Shown here in pieces: positions 15,493 to 30,188 of a stretch of 64,000 bases of DNA. Under the pieces are notes generated by a model. The model made no database searches and had not been told where the DNA came from. It saw nothing but the letters and a program-made list of their open reading frames with translations. The stretch covers positions 43,028,001 to 43,092,000 of the forward strand of contig NC_042999.1 of assembly GCF_006345805.1 (NCBI RefSeq). Direction: 5' to 3'. The position numbers and the translations under genes are program-made. Within the stretch, counting starts at the first letter, position 1, and every line of letters begins with the position of its first letter. The stretch is from Octopus sinensis (lineage: Eukaryota).

Positions 15493-16877
15493 TCATGTTC
15501 ATCAATACCAGTCATGTAATAGAGGCATTTGATAGGATATGATAGAATAACATTTCCTAAATGTTTATCCTTTAACAGACTGTTTATTTTTCTACGCTTT
15601 ATTAGCAATGGAAGCTGTATAAGTTCAAAATTAGCAATCTGCAAACATACTTGATGTGTGTGTATGTTGAAAGACCTTATTTTGTGGTGTACATCTTCAA
15701 GTATCTCTTACAAACATACATTGTTAAAAAACGCAGAAAAATAGCAGAAGCAACAGGTCACCCAGTACTGGTAATAGAAATAGAATTGCTGTATCTAAAT
15801 TTCTGCTTGTTAGTTTCTTCAGCAGCTAACATCCATGTCACCTCGTGTCAAGTAAACACCAGCTGCTAGCTGATATAGTTAAACAGTGATAGAAAGGTCA
15901 CGAATGTTGCATTTTGCTGACAAGTTGAATAAAAATTCATCCTTAGAAACAAAAGCAGTATTAATTCGAAATTAGCAATCTGTATATATAAAGTGTGTAT
16001 ATATTAAAAGCCTTACTAAACTCTGGAAATCATCTTAAAATATCTCTTATAAAAGTGCTGGAATTATTTACCTTCATTTACCAAATTGTTCTAGTTTGTT
16101 TATCATGTTAGCTATACTATGAAACTTTGAGAAGTAAAATGAACGTATTTCTAAGAAGGTGAATCACAAATCCATGTAAAAAATAGAAAAAGAGGAAAAT
16201 ATACAAAATCATATAACACAGCAGCACATATTCCAAAGAATGAAGAAACGAAATGGGGGGCCCAAGGAATCATATTGTGATTGTCACAAATGACACTACC
16301 ATTATTACAGCTGAACTAGTTTGTCCAATTTTGTTTGCATAATTAATGAGGTTGATTTACAAAATCTAAATAAAACTGAAAAAAAAAAAAAAAATGAAAA
16401 GAAATTTGTCCAAAAATATATGTTATTATTATACTATAAAGGAATTTATGTATGACATAAATCTTGTTGTTTTTTTTTTGTTTAAAAAGAAAAATTAGAA
16501 GAAAAAAAAATCACTGGAGCTACTAAGCTGAGAAGAAACTTGGAAGCAGGTAAACAGCATGAATTAGAAGAGGATACATTTTGTCAAAAATTCTAGTAAG
16601 ATGAGAAGATTAAATTAGAAAAAGAATGAATATTGTTTTGAAAGTACATTTTAAAAAGACAGGTTTTGTCAATTTTTTTTATTCATTTTTTTTTTTTGCT
16701 TGTTTTAAGTAAGATATTAAAGGAGGAAGAGAAAACAAAACTATCTCTTCTGGTAAAAAAAAAATATTAGAAGGAAAATAAATTTTAAACACAGATGTTC
16801 TAGAAGTTCTACTATTTGTATTTTGTCCAATTCAAATACTACAAAATCTACATTTTAAATTACACACATACATACAT

Positions 16878-16914
<37 letters not shown>

Positions 16915-17080
16915 AGTCAAACAGTATCCCTAGTACTATAAGTTGAATGCCTTGAAATTAAATGGAATATTGGAAGTTTCAATGAGAAGAGGTGGGTGAA
17001 ATGGTGATGATAATGGCATGATGATGATGATAGAAAAGAATATATTTTGAGAAGGTTCTGAATTTGTATTTATCTTACTG

Positions 17081-17157
<77 letters not shown>

Positions 17158-18169
17158 GAGATTTATTTTGTTGCTGTTTCTTTCAGGAAAGCAAAATGGC
17201 CAACAGAAAAGAAAGAAAAAAAGCTTTACTGCCACAGACTAAGTTAGAGCTTTAAAAAAAAAAAAAATTAAAAGTTGAAGGGAAAAAAGGAGGAGGACAA
17301 AATGTACAAATTGTGTCAAGTATATAACAATGATTTGGAGAGAACAAAGGAAGAAAAAAAAAAACAATTACATAATTCTTTTATGTTTGTGATTAAAAAA
17401 AAATTGTAAGATGTTAAGGGTTGCAATGACCCCTAAATCGTTATTGAAATATAATTAAAACAAGAAACAATTTGGACAGGTGAGAAAGGAAGACTCAAAA
17501 TTTAAACAGGAAAACTCAAAATAAGAGTAAAGTAACTGTTTTGTTGTTATTGTTTTGGTTTTTTTTTTTCGTTTCTTTTTTTTTTTTTCAAATGTAAAAA
17601 GATAATTTGAAATGAAAATATATATATACATATATATATTTTCAATTGGAAGAATAGCCGTAAGGGGAAATAACTTTTCATTTTAAATTGTATTTTTTTC
17701 AGTTTTTTTTTTTGCTTCTGTCACATTTTTTTTGCTTTATTTTGTGGCTATTTCCCCAGATCAAAAATGTTGGTAAAATGATTACTAAACAACTACAAGA
17801 GTAGAAAAAAAAAATAACATTCCCATTTAATATTTACACTCTCTATCCATTGCACTTCTCCATCAGACTTATATGCAATGTAATTTAAGAGTGTGTGTGT
17901 TTTGTGTGTGTGTAGTTATGAATGTCTATGTGTAATCTGTTTTATAAAGTAAAAGAGGATCTTCATACAGACTTGTTATATAAACTCATTCACACGCAGA
18001 GTATTGGTCCATAGTCAGCAAAATTAAATATTTTACCTTCGTTATCCTAACCTAATTATATAAATGTGCAAAGAGAATCACAAATATCTTAGGTTTTTTT
18101 TTTTGTTTTTGCTTTTTTTCTTATTTGAGGAATCTATCTACTTAGAGTAAAGTTTTGATTAATAATTTC

Positions 18170-18880
18170 TTACATAGGCACAAGGCCAGAAATTTGAAGG
18201 GAGGGAACAGTCGATAAAAATTAACCCCTGTACTCATCAGGTACCATATTTTATCCTTGGAAGGATGAACAGCAAAGTTGACTTCGACAGGATTTGAACT
18301 TGTAATATATAAAGAAAAAGTCAGAACAAATACCACAAGAATTTTTGGGTTTTTTTTCCTGTGGGGATTTAACAATTCTTCTAGTTCAATCGCACTTCTT
18401 AAACATAGCTATTTCTAAAATGAGCACAAGACCAGAAAGTGGGAGGAGGAGGGGGTCGGTTGATTACATCAATCCCCAGTAAATGACTGGTACTTTATTT
18501 TTAACGAACCCAAAAGGCAAAGTTGAACTTGGCAGTATTTGAACTAAGAATGTAGAATTGAGGGGAAAAAATGCATCTAAGCATTTTTGTTCAGGATGCT
18601 AATTTATGCTGCCACCTTACTGCCTTTTTTTTCGTTTTGGTCTGTTTTTATTGTTGCTTTTTTTTTTAAATTTCATTTAAAATTTTAGCACATGGCCAGA
18701 ATTTTTGAGGGAAGGATGCTAGTTGACACCATCAACCCTAGTATTTGACTGGTTTTATTTTTTATCAACCCTGGAGGGATGAAAGGTGAAAGTTGATCTT
18801 GGCAGGATTTGAACTCAGAATGTAAAAAGAACAGCAACTAATACCATAAGAAATTTTGTCCAACACTAACAATTCTACCA
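18170..18880 (-). mobile_element. Three tandem Nin/Deu SINE copies
   Basis: The cacaaggccaga...aaaggcaaagttgac...atttgaactcagaatgta block recurs at ~18170, 18410 and 18685. Confidence 0.75.
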
Positions 18881-19839
18881 ATCCCCCACCCTCAATAACT
18901 CAATAATAATAATAATAATCACAAAGTTTAAGTTTCTTTTGAAAAAAAAAAAAAAATTAACATCACATGGTTCTCTCCAGAAAGGTACAAAGTCAGTAAG
19001 TTGAAAGTTTATAATAGATTTTTTTCTTTTTTTTTTTTACCTTTAAAACACCAGACAGAGCATCAAGTTGTGTGGAAACATGGGAATAAGATCTCATTGG
19101 GTATTGGTGTGCATGTGTGTATACATGCAAGTGTATACGCATACAAATACAAAACATTTGTCTCACATATGTAGAACAACAGTTAAACTGAATGAAATGA
19201 GAAATCAGTGTATAAGTGTGTGTGTGTGTGTGTGTGCGTATGAATATATAGGTACGTATGCATAATTGTATAGTTTTTCAATGATGTATAAAGTATACAC
19301 AATTATGTATGTATAAAGTACAGCCAGCCATCATCAGCAAGAGAGTATGCTTTGATAATATTCGTGATACCTTCACTATTTGTTTTAGGTGCCTATGGAA
19401 ACATGAGCACACATGGATACACATTCACTATTACAGGGCCCTGCACTCTTGGCCTAGTGGCATGTGAAAGATGTGAGAGTTGGTTGAGAGAGAGAGAGAG
19501 AGAGAGAGAGAAACAGAGAGAGACAGACAGAGACAGAGAGAGACAGAGTGTTGCCCAAGCAAGTGTCTGGTATTCATTTACTGTAGAGCAGATTAGAGCA
19601 AAATGCCTCACTCTGGAGACACAAAATCTGGTTAGTCAAGGAATTGAACCCACGAATTATAATGTAACGGCCAAACATCCTTGCCTATAAACCACACACA
19701 CACACATCAGACTTGTATGGCATCTGGCTGTCTGAGATCATGTGTTCAAATTGAAACACTTTCATTCTGGAAGAAGAATCCTGGCAGCTACCTAAAATGT
19801 ATGTGCACACACACATATCTATACTGTTTCATATATATA

Positions 19840-20270
19840 GATATATATATATATATGTGTGTGTGTATGTGTGTGTGTATATATATATATATACATACAT
19901 ATATATACACACACACATATTTATATACACATATATATATACATATATATACACATATATATATACACACATATATATATGCACATATATATACATACAT
20001 ATATACACATATATATATACATATATACACATATATATATACACATATACACATATATATATACATATATATATACACATATATATATACATATATATAT
20101 ACACATATATATATACATATATACACATATATATATATATACATATATACACATATATATATATATACATATATACACACATATATATATATATATATAC
20201 ACATATATATACACACACACACATATATATATATATATACATACACATATACATATTTACACACACATGC
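19840..20270. repeat. (TACA/TATA/CACA)n compound microsatellite
   Basis: Pure simple repeat. Confidence 0.95.
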
Positions 20271-20721
20271 ACACACAAAGTGTGAGAAAAGATTCAGCGT
20301 AATGTTACCACTGCCATGGTACAGACCCAGTGACCAGGTTACAGATGTAAAACAACGTATTTCGGTGAGGGGAACATAGTACATAACGAACACTAAGAAA
20401 ATTAGACAAAACAAAAGTGAATATAGTGGTACATGACTTTTAAATGAAAATTATGAATACCACAACTGTACTTGTTATTTGTATATAAGTAGTAAAAGGT
20501 ACCGCCAAGGAGAGCTTACCCGTTTCACAGATTATCACTGCACGTGTGAAATGGATGAGCCAACCATGGGGCCTTTTTACTTTTATTAAGCATGTCCAAG
20601 TCTACCTGACAGGTAAATTAAATAGTCATTTGAACTATGGTCTTCACAGTTCCATACTGGGCATATTCCATACATACATACATACATTATATATATATAT
20701 TTATATATATGTATGTATGTG

Positions 20722-20769
<48 letters not shown>

Positions 20770-23154
20770 CAAAATGATGAACACAAACATATTTAACATA
20801 CATATAATTTAGGTCTCCCTGGTTTAAGAAAACTCACTGACACAGAGAGATACAGAAGACATTCAATGCAAATGCTGCCAGAAGCTAGTAAATGGGTGTA
20901 ATAACCCAGCATGGGTTGGGAATGGGGTATTTCTCTTGTTTTCATTTTTTTCTTAATTAAAAAAAAGTGGGGGAGGGGGTTCATGTTATTTAACACAGTC
21001 CTCTTAATGAACACTGCTGAAATTAGCAAATTTTGCCCTTGCCCAAATGAATACATATGCAAGTCTAACAGTCTGTTAGACTTGCAGAATAAGGCCACGC
21101 TTACAACTGAATATCTTAATTCTCACCACCATCACCCCCGCTAAATTTTTTTTCTTCTTTTCTTTTCCCCTCCCTTCCCAATAATTCTGAGCTGACACGA
21201 GGGCAATGCTCCAAGGGGCTGAATCAAATCAGTCTTTTCTTTTTTTCTTTTTTGTTATTTTTTTTTTTGTTTTTAATAAACAGAAATCACAACCAAGAGA
21301 TGTCTGCTGAAACTGAGACTGGTAGGGTGGGGCAAGAAAACAACACATACACACACACACACACACAAATTTAAAAAAAAAAAAAAATGAACAACAATTG
21401 ATATCTAGATCAAAAATGGGAATGTAACTACACGTCCAGTTTTCTGCGAATAAATCTTTGCAGACCAACTGAAAGAATGGCACCAGAAACGTACTATGGA
21501 GAGAGACTATCAGATATCACCAATGTCTCATATATTACATATATAAATGTTTTGGGATTTTTTTTTTTGTTTTAGAAAAAATTTTGAATTGGAAGAAAAT
21601 TAAAAATTTAAAAAAAAAAGCGTAAGAGGTGAAATATTAATTATTCTAACAATGTACAAGGACAAGTGTGATGCAGAATTTTTATATTTCAGTGAAAGAG
21701 ATGGAGTGGAGAGAAGCAGCCTTTTTTTTTATCCCAGAGGAAAAGAAAAAAAAAATTCAAAAACGGAATATATCCAGATTGGATTGAAACTTCAAAGGAA
21801 GGAATATAGAAAAAGAAAAGGATAGGGGTATTGTTTTCTATAAAAAGTGTAGCTAATTTTCGAATATTTAATATTTAAATAAGAAAAATATGAATTTTGA
21901 ATATCATTCAATAGTTTAATAGACATCACAAAGTACCTACTTTCTAATGAGAAACATGACAAAAAAGGAGACTTCGTTAAGATGATGCTGACATTATTTG
22001 GTGGTATGTAATGACAACAGACAAACGAACAGACAAATTTATGCCATATGGACATTCTAGAATTTTTGGCAAAGTTAAATGAAAACAATAATCAGGAGAA
22101 ATATATTGACTGCAACACAAATATGGATAGGTGACTGTTAAGTCAAACCATTATCCTTATTTGTGTGTGTACATATCTATATGAGTATGTGTGTATATAC
22201 ACACAAATACACAAACTTATGCACATCTATGTATAAATACATGTACATGTACATATGCATGATTACACACACACACGTGCAAAACACACTCATATACATA
22301 CACACACACAAAGTTGTAAACATACATATGTATCTCAAAAATGTCCATATAATATCCTTAAATCGACTTTACATTAAAAATCTAATTGGTTAATCCATAA
22401 ATGATTTGTGTGTAGGTGTAAAGACACACATACATTTTTAATAAAGAATCCTAAAGAAAATCTAGAATCAAAAGTAACAATCCATTGAGTCCACACAGCT
22501 AAATTTTCCTCTACGGCAAACAGTACAATAAAAATAAAAAACAAAAAAATTTTAAACAGTTTAAAATTTCAGAAATTGCTAGAAGCAGTACCTAACTTTT
22601 TAGAGCCATTCTTTTGCTTACTTATAGATTTTTATTGCTAAGAATGTGTTTTTTTTTTTAAATTCTCTTTACCAAACTTGAGGGAGGAAAAACAATTACA
22701 GCAAGAATAAGATGGAATTGTTCTATCAATCACCCTTATTTGATTTATATCTTGAGAACCTAAACTACATAAAAGTAAAGGAAAGAAGGAAAGAAAATAT
22801 GGTAAATGTTGCAATTTATAGAACACATCAATTTAAAGAATCTATTTTCCATTAGGAATAAGAATGAAATTCTCTCAAGACACATGTGAAAATCTGAAGA
22901 CAGTGAGCCAGAAAAATCTTCATTTCTGACAAACTCCAAGATTTTTTTTTTCTTGTTATAGAGCAAGGGAAATAAGATTACATATTGTTGATGCTTTTCT
23001 CAAATGCAACCAAACAGCAAAATATAATTTTAAAAACCAAAAACAAACAAAAGAAAACAGAAAGGAATGGAGTGTCACAAACATGGCTTACCAAGAGTCC
23101 ACCTCTAAAGAACCCATCACAAAGGTAGGCTAAATAAAATAAGGTTTCTTTTAA

Positions 23155-23361
23155 CCCTTTTGCTACAATATTTCTATTGGAATACATTGCATTTCTGAAG
23201 TTAAATTGGGAAAATAATGAAGAAATTTAACAAATTATCTTCATCATTATAAAGCTGGTTAATGGAAAATTTTGAGGGAAGATTTTGATTCAGATCATTT
23301 ATACCAAGAAGTTTGTTTCATACAACCAGGGATCGTCTCAGACAAGGCTGGTATCAAAAGG
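23155..23361. mobile_element. piggyBac-type MITE, decayed
   Basis: TTAA|CCCTTTTGCTAC...GTATCAAAAGG termini resemble 30484-30694; the right TTAA is lost. Confidence 0.45.
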
Positions 23362-23689
23362 CCCAAAGAATGTACCATGTGCTACACTAATAAAGGATTA
23401 GGAACTTGCAACATAAATAGGGAAAGGAACCTAGATCATTGACTCTGGTTCATACTGGTTTAAGTAATGGGTGGAATGTGATATTTGGGATGTGCAATAT
23501 TTTTTTAGCTAAGGACATAAAGGGTGATGATTGATGTTTCTTGGTTTAAACAACAAATGAAATTCTGGTACAGCTCGCCTGGGGTTCCCAGAAGCTTACT
23601 CTGTAGCTTGCCAAAATGGGACATGAAAAAATAAAATCAACACAAAGCAAAGCAATATAACTTCACCTATATGCGTGTACAAGTGTGTG

Positions 23690-23754
23690 TATGTATGTGT
23701 ATATATATATATACTTACATATAAGACCAAAATATACATACACACACACATTAT

Positions 23755-23796
<42 letters not shown>

Positions 23797-23882
23797 CATA
23801 CACATTATATATACATATATATATATTATATATATATATATATATTATATATATATATATATACATACATATACATACACAT

Positions 23883-23915
<33 letters not shown>

Positions 23916-23937
23916 TACACATACACATTATATATAC

Positions 23938-23968
<31 letters not shown>

Positions 23969-24217
23969 ATATATATATACATACATATACATACACATTA
24001 TATATATATATATATTATATATATATATACATACACACACATCATATATATGTATATAAACACATACTATTTTCATGTATAAGGTATACCAATTATTTTG
24101 TATATTGCACTTTTGTGCATGCATATATACATGTATATGTATGTGTAAGTTTGTGCACATATATGTGTGTACATATGTGTATGTATGTATGTGTATGTAT
24201 GTATGTATATATATATA

Positions 24218-24265
<48 letters not shown>

Positions 24266-24300
24266 TTTTTTCTATATATATATATTATATATATGAACAA
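23690..24300. repeat. (AT)n-rich compound microsatellite
   Basis: Simple repeat; similar tracts at 17082-17156 and 25725-26125. Confidence 0.95.
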
Positions 24301-25721
24301 AAATCCATTCATAGTCACGTAAAACAGAACATGATGTTGGAAGCATCAACAAAGAAGAGAAGAGAAATCTAGCAAGTGGCTGAAGAAAAACAAGATAAAA
24401 AAAATTTAGACTTTACAAAAGAGGTATGAAATTCACAACTAACTAATTGTTCCAGTCAGGCACAACATAACATTAACATAAATTATCATTCATTATGATC
24501 AGCATAGTGAAATACTTAACTTGGTGTCTCCTAATATCATTTAGAAAAGTGATTTTTTTTTTTTCACTTCATATTAAGTTATAAAAAAAAAAAAAAACTC
24601 GTTTGAGCTTTTGGTTGGGTTTTTTTTTGTTTTTGTTTTCTTTTAAAGTTTTAGTAATTAAATTCTACAGTATCTACAATGCTGCTTTGAAATCTATCCA
24701 TGGTAGTCTAAATTTGATTACTATCAGACTCGCATTGGTTTCCATTAGGAATCAATCTAAAAGACTAGAAAAAAACAGCAGCATAAAAGGATGTACTGGA
24801 GGAGGAGGAGGAGAAGCAAGAGGGGGAAGAGAGACTGAAAGGAAGGGAGGTAGGGATAGAAAGAGAAAGAGACAGACAGACAGACAGACAGTAGATGTGG
24901 TTTCTGGGATGGTGAATTGTAGTCTGGGAGAAGAGATGAAATTATTACTTCGATGATGATACTGACGATGATAATGATGGTGATGATTGTGTCTGATTTA
25001 AGCACAAGTCCAGCAAATTTCGAGAGGAGACAAAGGGAGGTTAGCTGATTTAAACTGACCCCAGCACCGGCTAGAATGGTACCTTTATTTTATTGACTCC
25101 CAAAAGGATGAAAGACAAAGTTGGCTTTGGTGCGATTTGAACTCAGAATCTGGAGAGCTGGAAGAGATAGCACAAAGCAATTTTCTCTGATACTCAAATG
25201 ATTCAGCCAATCCACTGCCCTCAATAATGAAAAAAAAAAAAAAAAAATGATAACGAAAATGATGACGATGATAATAATGATGATGATGGGTTTTAAACTT
25301 TGGCGCAAGGCCGCAAATGTATGGCGAGAGAGGGGGGATAGAAGGGAGAGATTAACAATTAAACCAACACCACCACCACCATCATCACCCCCACCCCACC
25401 CAGTACATGGCTGGTGTTTATTATATTGACCCTGGAAGAATGAAAAAAAAAAAAAAAAGGGTAAAGTCAACACTTAGCATGGGGTGAACTCATAATATAA
25501 CTAAAAACCACTAGGAAATTAGTCTGGCACTTAGAGTTTCTGCCATTAATAATAATAATCATAATAATAATAATAATAATAAACATACTCAGTTTGAACA
25601 ATGAAATTGAGCATCAATACTAAATATATTATTCCATCATTCAACTTATATGCAAAATAATTATTTTTAAAAATTGCATTGTGTCCCATGCAAACTTAAC
25701 AGCTTCGCTGTTTTATATTTG

Positions 25722-25787
<66 letters not shown>

Positions 25788-25844
25788 ATACATACATACA
25801 TACACGGAAGTGTGTATTTACATGTATTTATGTGTGTGTGTGTG

Positions 25845-25885
<41 letters not shown>

Positions 25886-26065
25886 CATACATACACGGAA
25901 GTGTGTATTTACATGTATTTATGTGTGTGTGTATATCTATACATATATTGTACATATATGTACACATGTACATTATACACACACACACACATGTAAACAT
26001 ACCCAGGTACACAAACACATATACACATGTCTTGTATGTGTATATATATTATATATATATGTGTG

Positions 26066-26113
<48 letters not shown>

Positions 26114-27055
26114 TATATATATGTTATTCTAGATACGAAGTAGAAAAAAAATCACATCCCCAAAAATTCATTTTTCAAAAAGGGAGAGAGAGAGAGATAG
26201 ACTATAAGTGGAAAGATATAAGAAAATGAAAGAGTTAAAAAAAAAAAAGGAAGCAGTGTGAGTCAATCAAAATGTGGATAGCTGGACACATTTACAATTC
26301 CCTCCATATAATATTTTCTCTGATATCTTCACAATAGAAAAGATTCAGAAATGGTAATCCAGCTTCTGTAGAATTGTCTTCCAATTTTTTTTTTCTTGTC
26401 CTGTTTGTTGATTTTATTTTTCTTAAACTCTTTAATTTTAATTTTTTTTTTTTTTATATTTGTTTGTTTGCTTTTTTGTTTCCTTTATTTTTTTCCCTTC
26501 CACATAAAAGAAGGAAATCACAATAATTGCTGTTGTTGTTGTTGTTGTTATGTTGTGGTAGTGGTGGTTGGGTGATGCTTTTGTAATTTTTTTTTTATTT
26601 GCTGTGTTAGTGAGGATCTTTTTTTTTTTGTTTTTAAATTTACATATTTATTTCATTTCATGTTCTACTTCTTGAAATAGGACACAAAAATTAACTTTCG
26701 TACATCCAACTCCTCAAAACCTTGGTATTCACATCCATTCGAATAGTTTGTTGTTTTTGACTTTTCTTTCAATTTTTTTCATAATTTTTTTTTTCTTAAC
26801 CTTTAACTTCATTGAGCCACAATTAAACTTTCACTCTCTCTCTCTCTCATTTTCTCTTTTTTGTCTACCCTATCTCACTAATTAACTACCAACCCTCACC
26901 TCTACCCTTTCTTTCTACCAGCCACTCTGATCCTTTCTAAACCAATCATTCATTCTCACCTGACCAATTTACCTTCTCCCCTTTCCCATTAACTGAAGTT
27001 ACATACGTTTCCTTCCGATTCCTGAAATTATGTGAGGTTATGAGCCAATCAATGG

Positions 27056-28166
27056 TCACGAAACCCTCTGCTGGTTGATGGCAGACGCTGAGACATCCTC
27101 CTGTTTAACAGGGAGTCCAGATGCCAAGATACTCTCCTGGTTAGCAGAGGGTTCGGTTGTTGACACATAAACCTGGGTGGTAGCAGAGGGCTCAGATACC
27201 GAGACGTCCTGCTGATTAGCAGACGATTCAGACACTGAAACATATTGCTGGTTGGCAGAAGACCGAGACACTGAAATAGTCTGTTGGTTGGTGTCGTTAG
27301 CGGGCTCAGACACCAAGACATTCTGTTGATTAGTGGTGGTGGTGGTGGTGGAAGTGGTGGTGGTGGTGGAGGGCTGGGGTACTGAAACATTATTTTGGTT
27401 GGCGGATGTCTCGAGCACCGAGCTGCAAACCTCTGTCCATGTTTCTGAGCCATTCAATAAGGTTGAATCTTGTGAACCAATCACGGTAAACGTCGGTGCT
27501 TCAATGGCTGGTGTAGGGGTTAGTGAGAGTGATGTGTTTGTAGTGGCTGTCGTTGCAACTACTGCAACTGCAGCTGTGGTAGATGTTTTCGTTATCTGAG
27601 TTGTCTTGATCCCTGCCAGGTTCAAAAGTGCATCTGCACCCTCGGCAATTTTCTTTTTCTCGTCTTCATCAAGAATGGGCAACCGCTTCTTACTGCGGTG
27701 TTGTCTGTTAATGAATTTGTCCCTAGCTTCATTAGCATTTTTACCTGACTGCGGAACGAAAGGAAATCCTTCTTTCGTGACAGTCTTTGTCGCAGAGTCG
27801 ATGCTTGGGCTTGCAGTTGTCATACTGACAACAGACGTAATAACTGATGCGTTTGAAGACACTGCTTGCTGAGAGCCATTAGCCTGGTGTGGGCGGTTCC
27901 CAGTATCCTCTTCGCTGAAGCTTTCTTCTTCATCAAAATCACTGTGGTAGCTGTCAAAGTCACTGTAGGCATCCTCATCATCTTCACCTTCATCTGGTTC
28001 AGGGCCAAAGTCATACTCATCATCGATAGAAGAGCTGGATACATCATAGCTGTCGTCGTCTGTTGCTTGAGTTGATGTGGCACTGTAGTTGTGATCCTCA
28101 CTCGGGCTGCTGGTACATACAATTGGGCCAGCTTGCTTTTTGCGAACAGGACCATATGGAGCACCT
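27056..28166 (-). CDS. FoxN2/3: Last coding exon of a FoxN2/3 (CHES1-like) forkhead transcription factor
   Basis: Acceptor ttttttctttcttttgcag ends at 28167. The frame is open (GAPYGPVRKKQ...SPSEDHNYS...acidic tract...KIAEGADALLNLAGI...) to TGA at 27058-27056 and is in frame with ORF 27056..27862. EDHNYS and the EAAxxLLxLAGI-like motif are recalled hallmarks of FOXN2/FOXN3 C-termini. Confidence 0.85.
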
Positions 28167-28330
28167 CTGCAAAAGAAAGAAAAAATTTAAAATAAATAAA
28201 TAAAATAGAATAACTCAAACTATCGAAGATAAAACAATAACTATTAGAGTGCTATAATTCATAGGAAGAGAAAGAAAGTATGAGTGCATGTGTGTGTGCA
28301 CATGCACACAAAGACACACACACACATTAG

Positions 28331-28550
28331 CATCTGGCCTAGTGGTTAAGGTGTTGGACTCATGATTGTAAGACTGGGGTTTTCATTCTTGAACTGGGTG
28401 ATGCATTGTGTTCCTGAAAAAAAGTCTCATTTCATGTTGCTCCAGTTCACTCAGCTGGCAAAAATGAGTAATTAAGTGATAGACTGACATCCCATCCAGG
28501 GGAAGAATATATACACAACAGAAACTGGTCTTATGAGTCTATATGATGAA
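28331..28550 (+). mobile_element. tRNA-derived SINE (head ggcctagtggttaagg) followed by (GAGT)n
   Basis: A-box-like head and ttcatgttgctccagttcactcagctg core, shared with 42895-43222 and ~46040-46140. Confidence 0.65.
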
Positions 28551-28914
28551 CGAGCGAGTGAGTGAGTGAGTGAGTGAGTGAGTGAGTGAGTGAGTGAGTG
28601 AGTGAGTGAGTGAGTGAGTGCGTGCGTGCGTGCGTGCGTGCGTATGCGCGTACTTTCTTTCACAATTTCAATGTATGAGCATCCATTTTATCCAGCCAAG
28701 TGAATGATTTAGTCATTGAATTAGTCTGTAAAATGGTTGAATATTCCAGACATTTGAGGCAGAAGCACCATGACAATGTAACCAGACAAGAACTTTAAAT
28801 TACAGGTACAGACCATTCAACATGCTTCTACAGTTTCAATCCACCCACTTACACTCACAAGGCTTGGGTCAACTGAGGTCTGAAGTAAAGATGTCTTGGT
28901 CAAGATGCCATACA

Positions 28915-29170
28915 TAAAAAGCACTGGTGCTGGTGCCATGTAAAACGCACTGATGCTAGTCACAGGTTAAAAGCATTGGTGTGGGTTCTGGTGCCACATA
29001 AAAAGCATCCAGTACACTCTGTAAAATGGTTGGTGTTAGGAAGGGCATTCAGCTGTAGAAACCATGCCTAAACAGACTAAGGAACCTGGTCTTGGCCCCT
29101 GGCCTTGCCTGCTCTTGTCAAGCCATCCAACCCACGCCAGTATGGAAAATGGATATTAAATGACGATGTT
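28915..29170 (+). mobile_element. RTE 3' UTR fragment
   Basis: aaaagcac repeats, ggaagggcattcagctgtagaaac, aacccacgccagtatggaaa. Confidence 0.7.
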
Positions 29171-30112
29171 AAAGATGACATAGCTGCTCAAATTTTTTAG
29201 TAATTTTCTAAAGAATTAAACACAGAGCATAAATATCTAAAAGGTGGTACATGCTATAAAATACAAGATTCAAGGGATGCGGCAAGAAAACAAACCAGAG
29301 TGCAAAATTAGCATTTGTTTGATCAAAACGTTTTGTTTTTCTTTGAAAAGCATGCAAAAGCGATGTTTGCAAATCCCCATTTGCTGAAGTGGGCTACTGA
29401 GGCAAAAAAAAAGGTAAAAACAAAATCTCCTAATCATTTGTTCCCTTTGTGATATTACAGAAGCAAGAGTTAAGCACCAACCTAATGGAGTTTTGTGGAC
29501 TGCATAGATTTAAAAAAGTAAATATTTTCTTGTTTATTTCCTTCACTGTTGTTCCAAGACCCTTCCTAAATAATGCAAGATCAACAACAGCCTTGTGGCT
29601 ATGCAGCAGAGCACTGAACAATTGGACCAATACATCATGAGCCTATATTTTTCTGTCAGAAGATATCTGCCAGAGTTCTTTAATAAATAATTTAGTCAAT
29701 TTGTAATACTGCTGTCTTTTTTTTTTTGTCTTCACATCTATATTACTTTTTCATTAAGAAGATAACCCATCCATTTTATAGTCCTCTTGATCGCTGCAGA
29801 AGTGGTGCTTAAGATTATCTAATTAACATAAACTTCGTCAAATGTCAATATAGAGTAAGAAGAAAAACAAACTAACAAAAAAAAATGAAAAAAATTCAGA
29901 TAAGAGAGCGGAAATGGTAAGCTGTTGGATAATGATGAAGAGATAACATGGTTTTCAATTTAAAATCCGGTGTGGTTCACAAAATAGATGTAAAACCTGA
30001 ACTATATTCAGTACGGCAGGTACAAAGATATATCTTTAAAAAAAAACAAAAAGTGGGAGGATAATGCTAATCTCCGAAGTAGTAACCATGCCAACAGACA
30101 CAAGAAACTTAC

Positions 30113-30188
30113 CTTTGTTTTCTTTTCAGTTTCAAACGAGTATTATTTTCACCTGAGTTCTCCACATCTCCAGATCGTCTGGAATTTT
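30113..30188 (-). CDS. FoxN2/3: Internal 76-nt coding exon of FoxN2/3 (xNSRRSGDVENSGENNTRLKLKRKQx)
   Basis: Flanked by ttcttgtag and gtaagt. The frame is open, and the phase-2 end joins the first base of the last exon (ag|a = Arg). Confidence 0.7.

Noticed and set aside
495-26229. Many long ORFs rich in Y/I/M/C/V/H/T (e.g. 495-989, 19681-20414, 23675-24082, 25674-26229)
   Set aside because: They are translations of (AT)/(AC)/(ATAC) microsatellites, which lack stop codons.
27820-28218. 132-aa ORF overlapping the last exon
   Set aside because: It is an alternative frame of the FoxN2/3 exon; the motif-bearing frame is the other one.
28331-28400. tRNA-like sequence (also ~10990, ~43150)
   Set aside because: These are SINE heads with no complete cloverleaf, and they continue into SINE bodies.
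29430-29630. Possible CR1 C-terminal remnant (KAVVDLALFRKGL)
   Set aside because: The similarity is too short to call.
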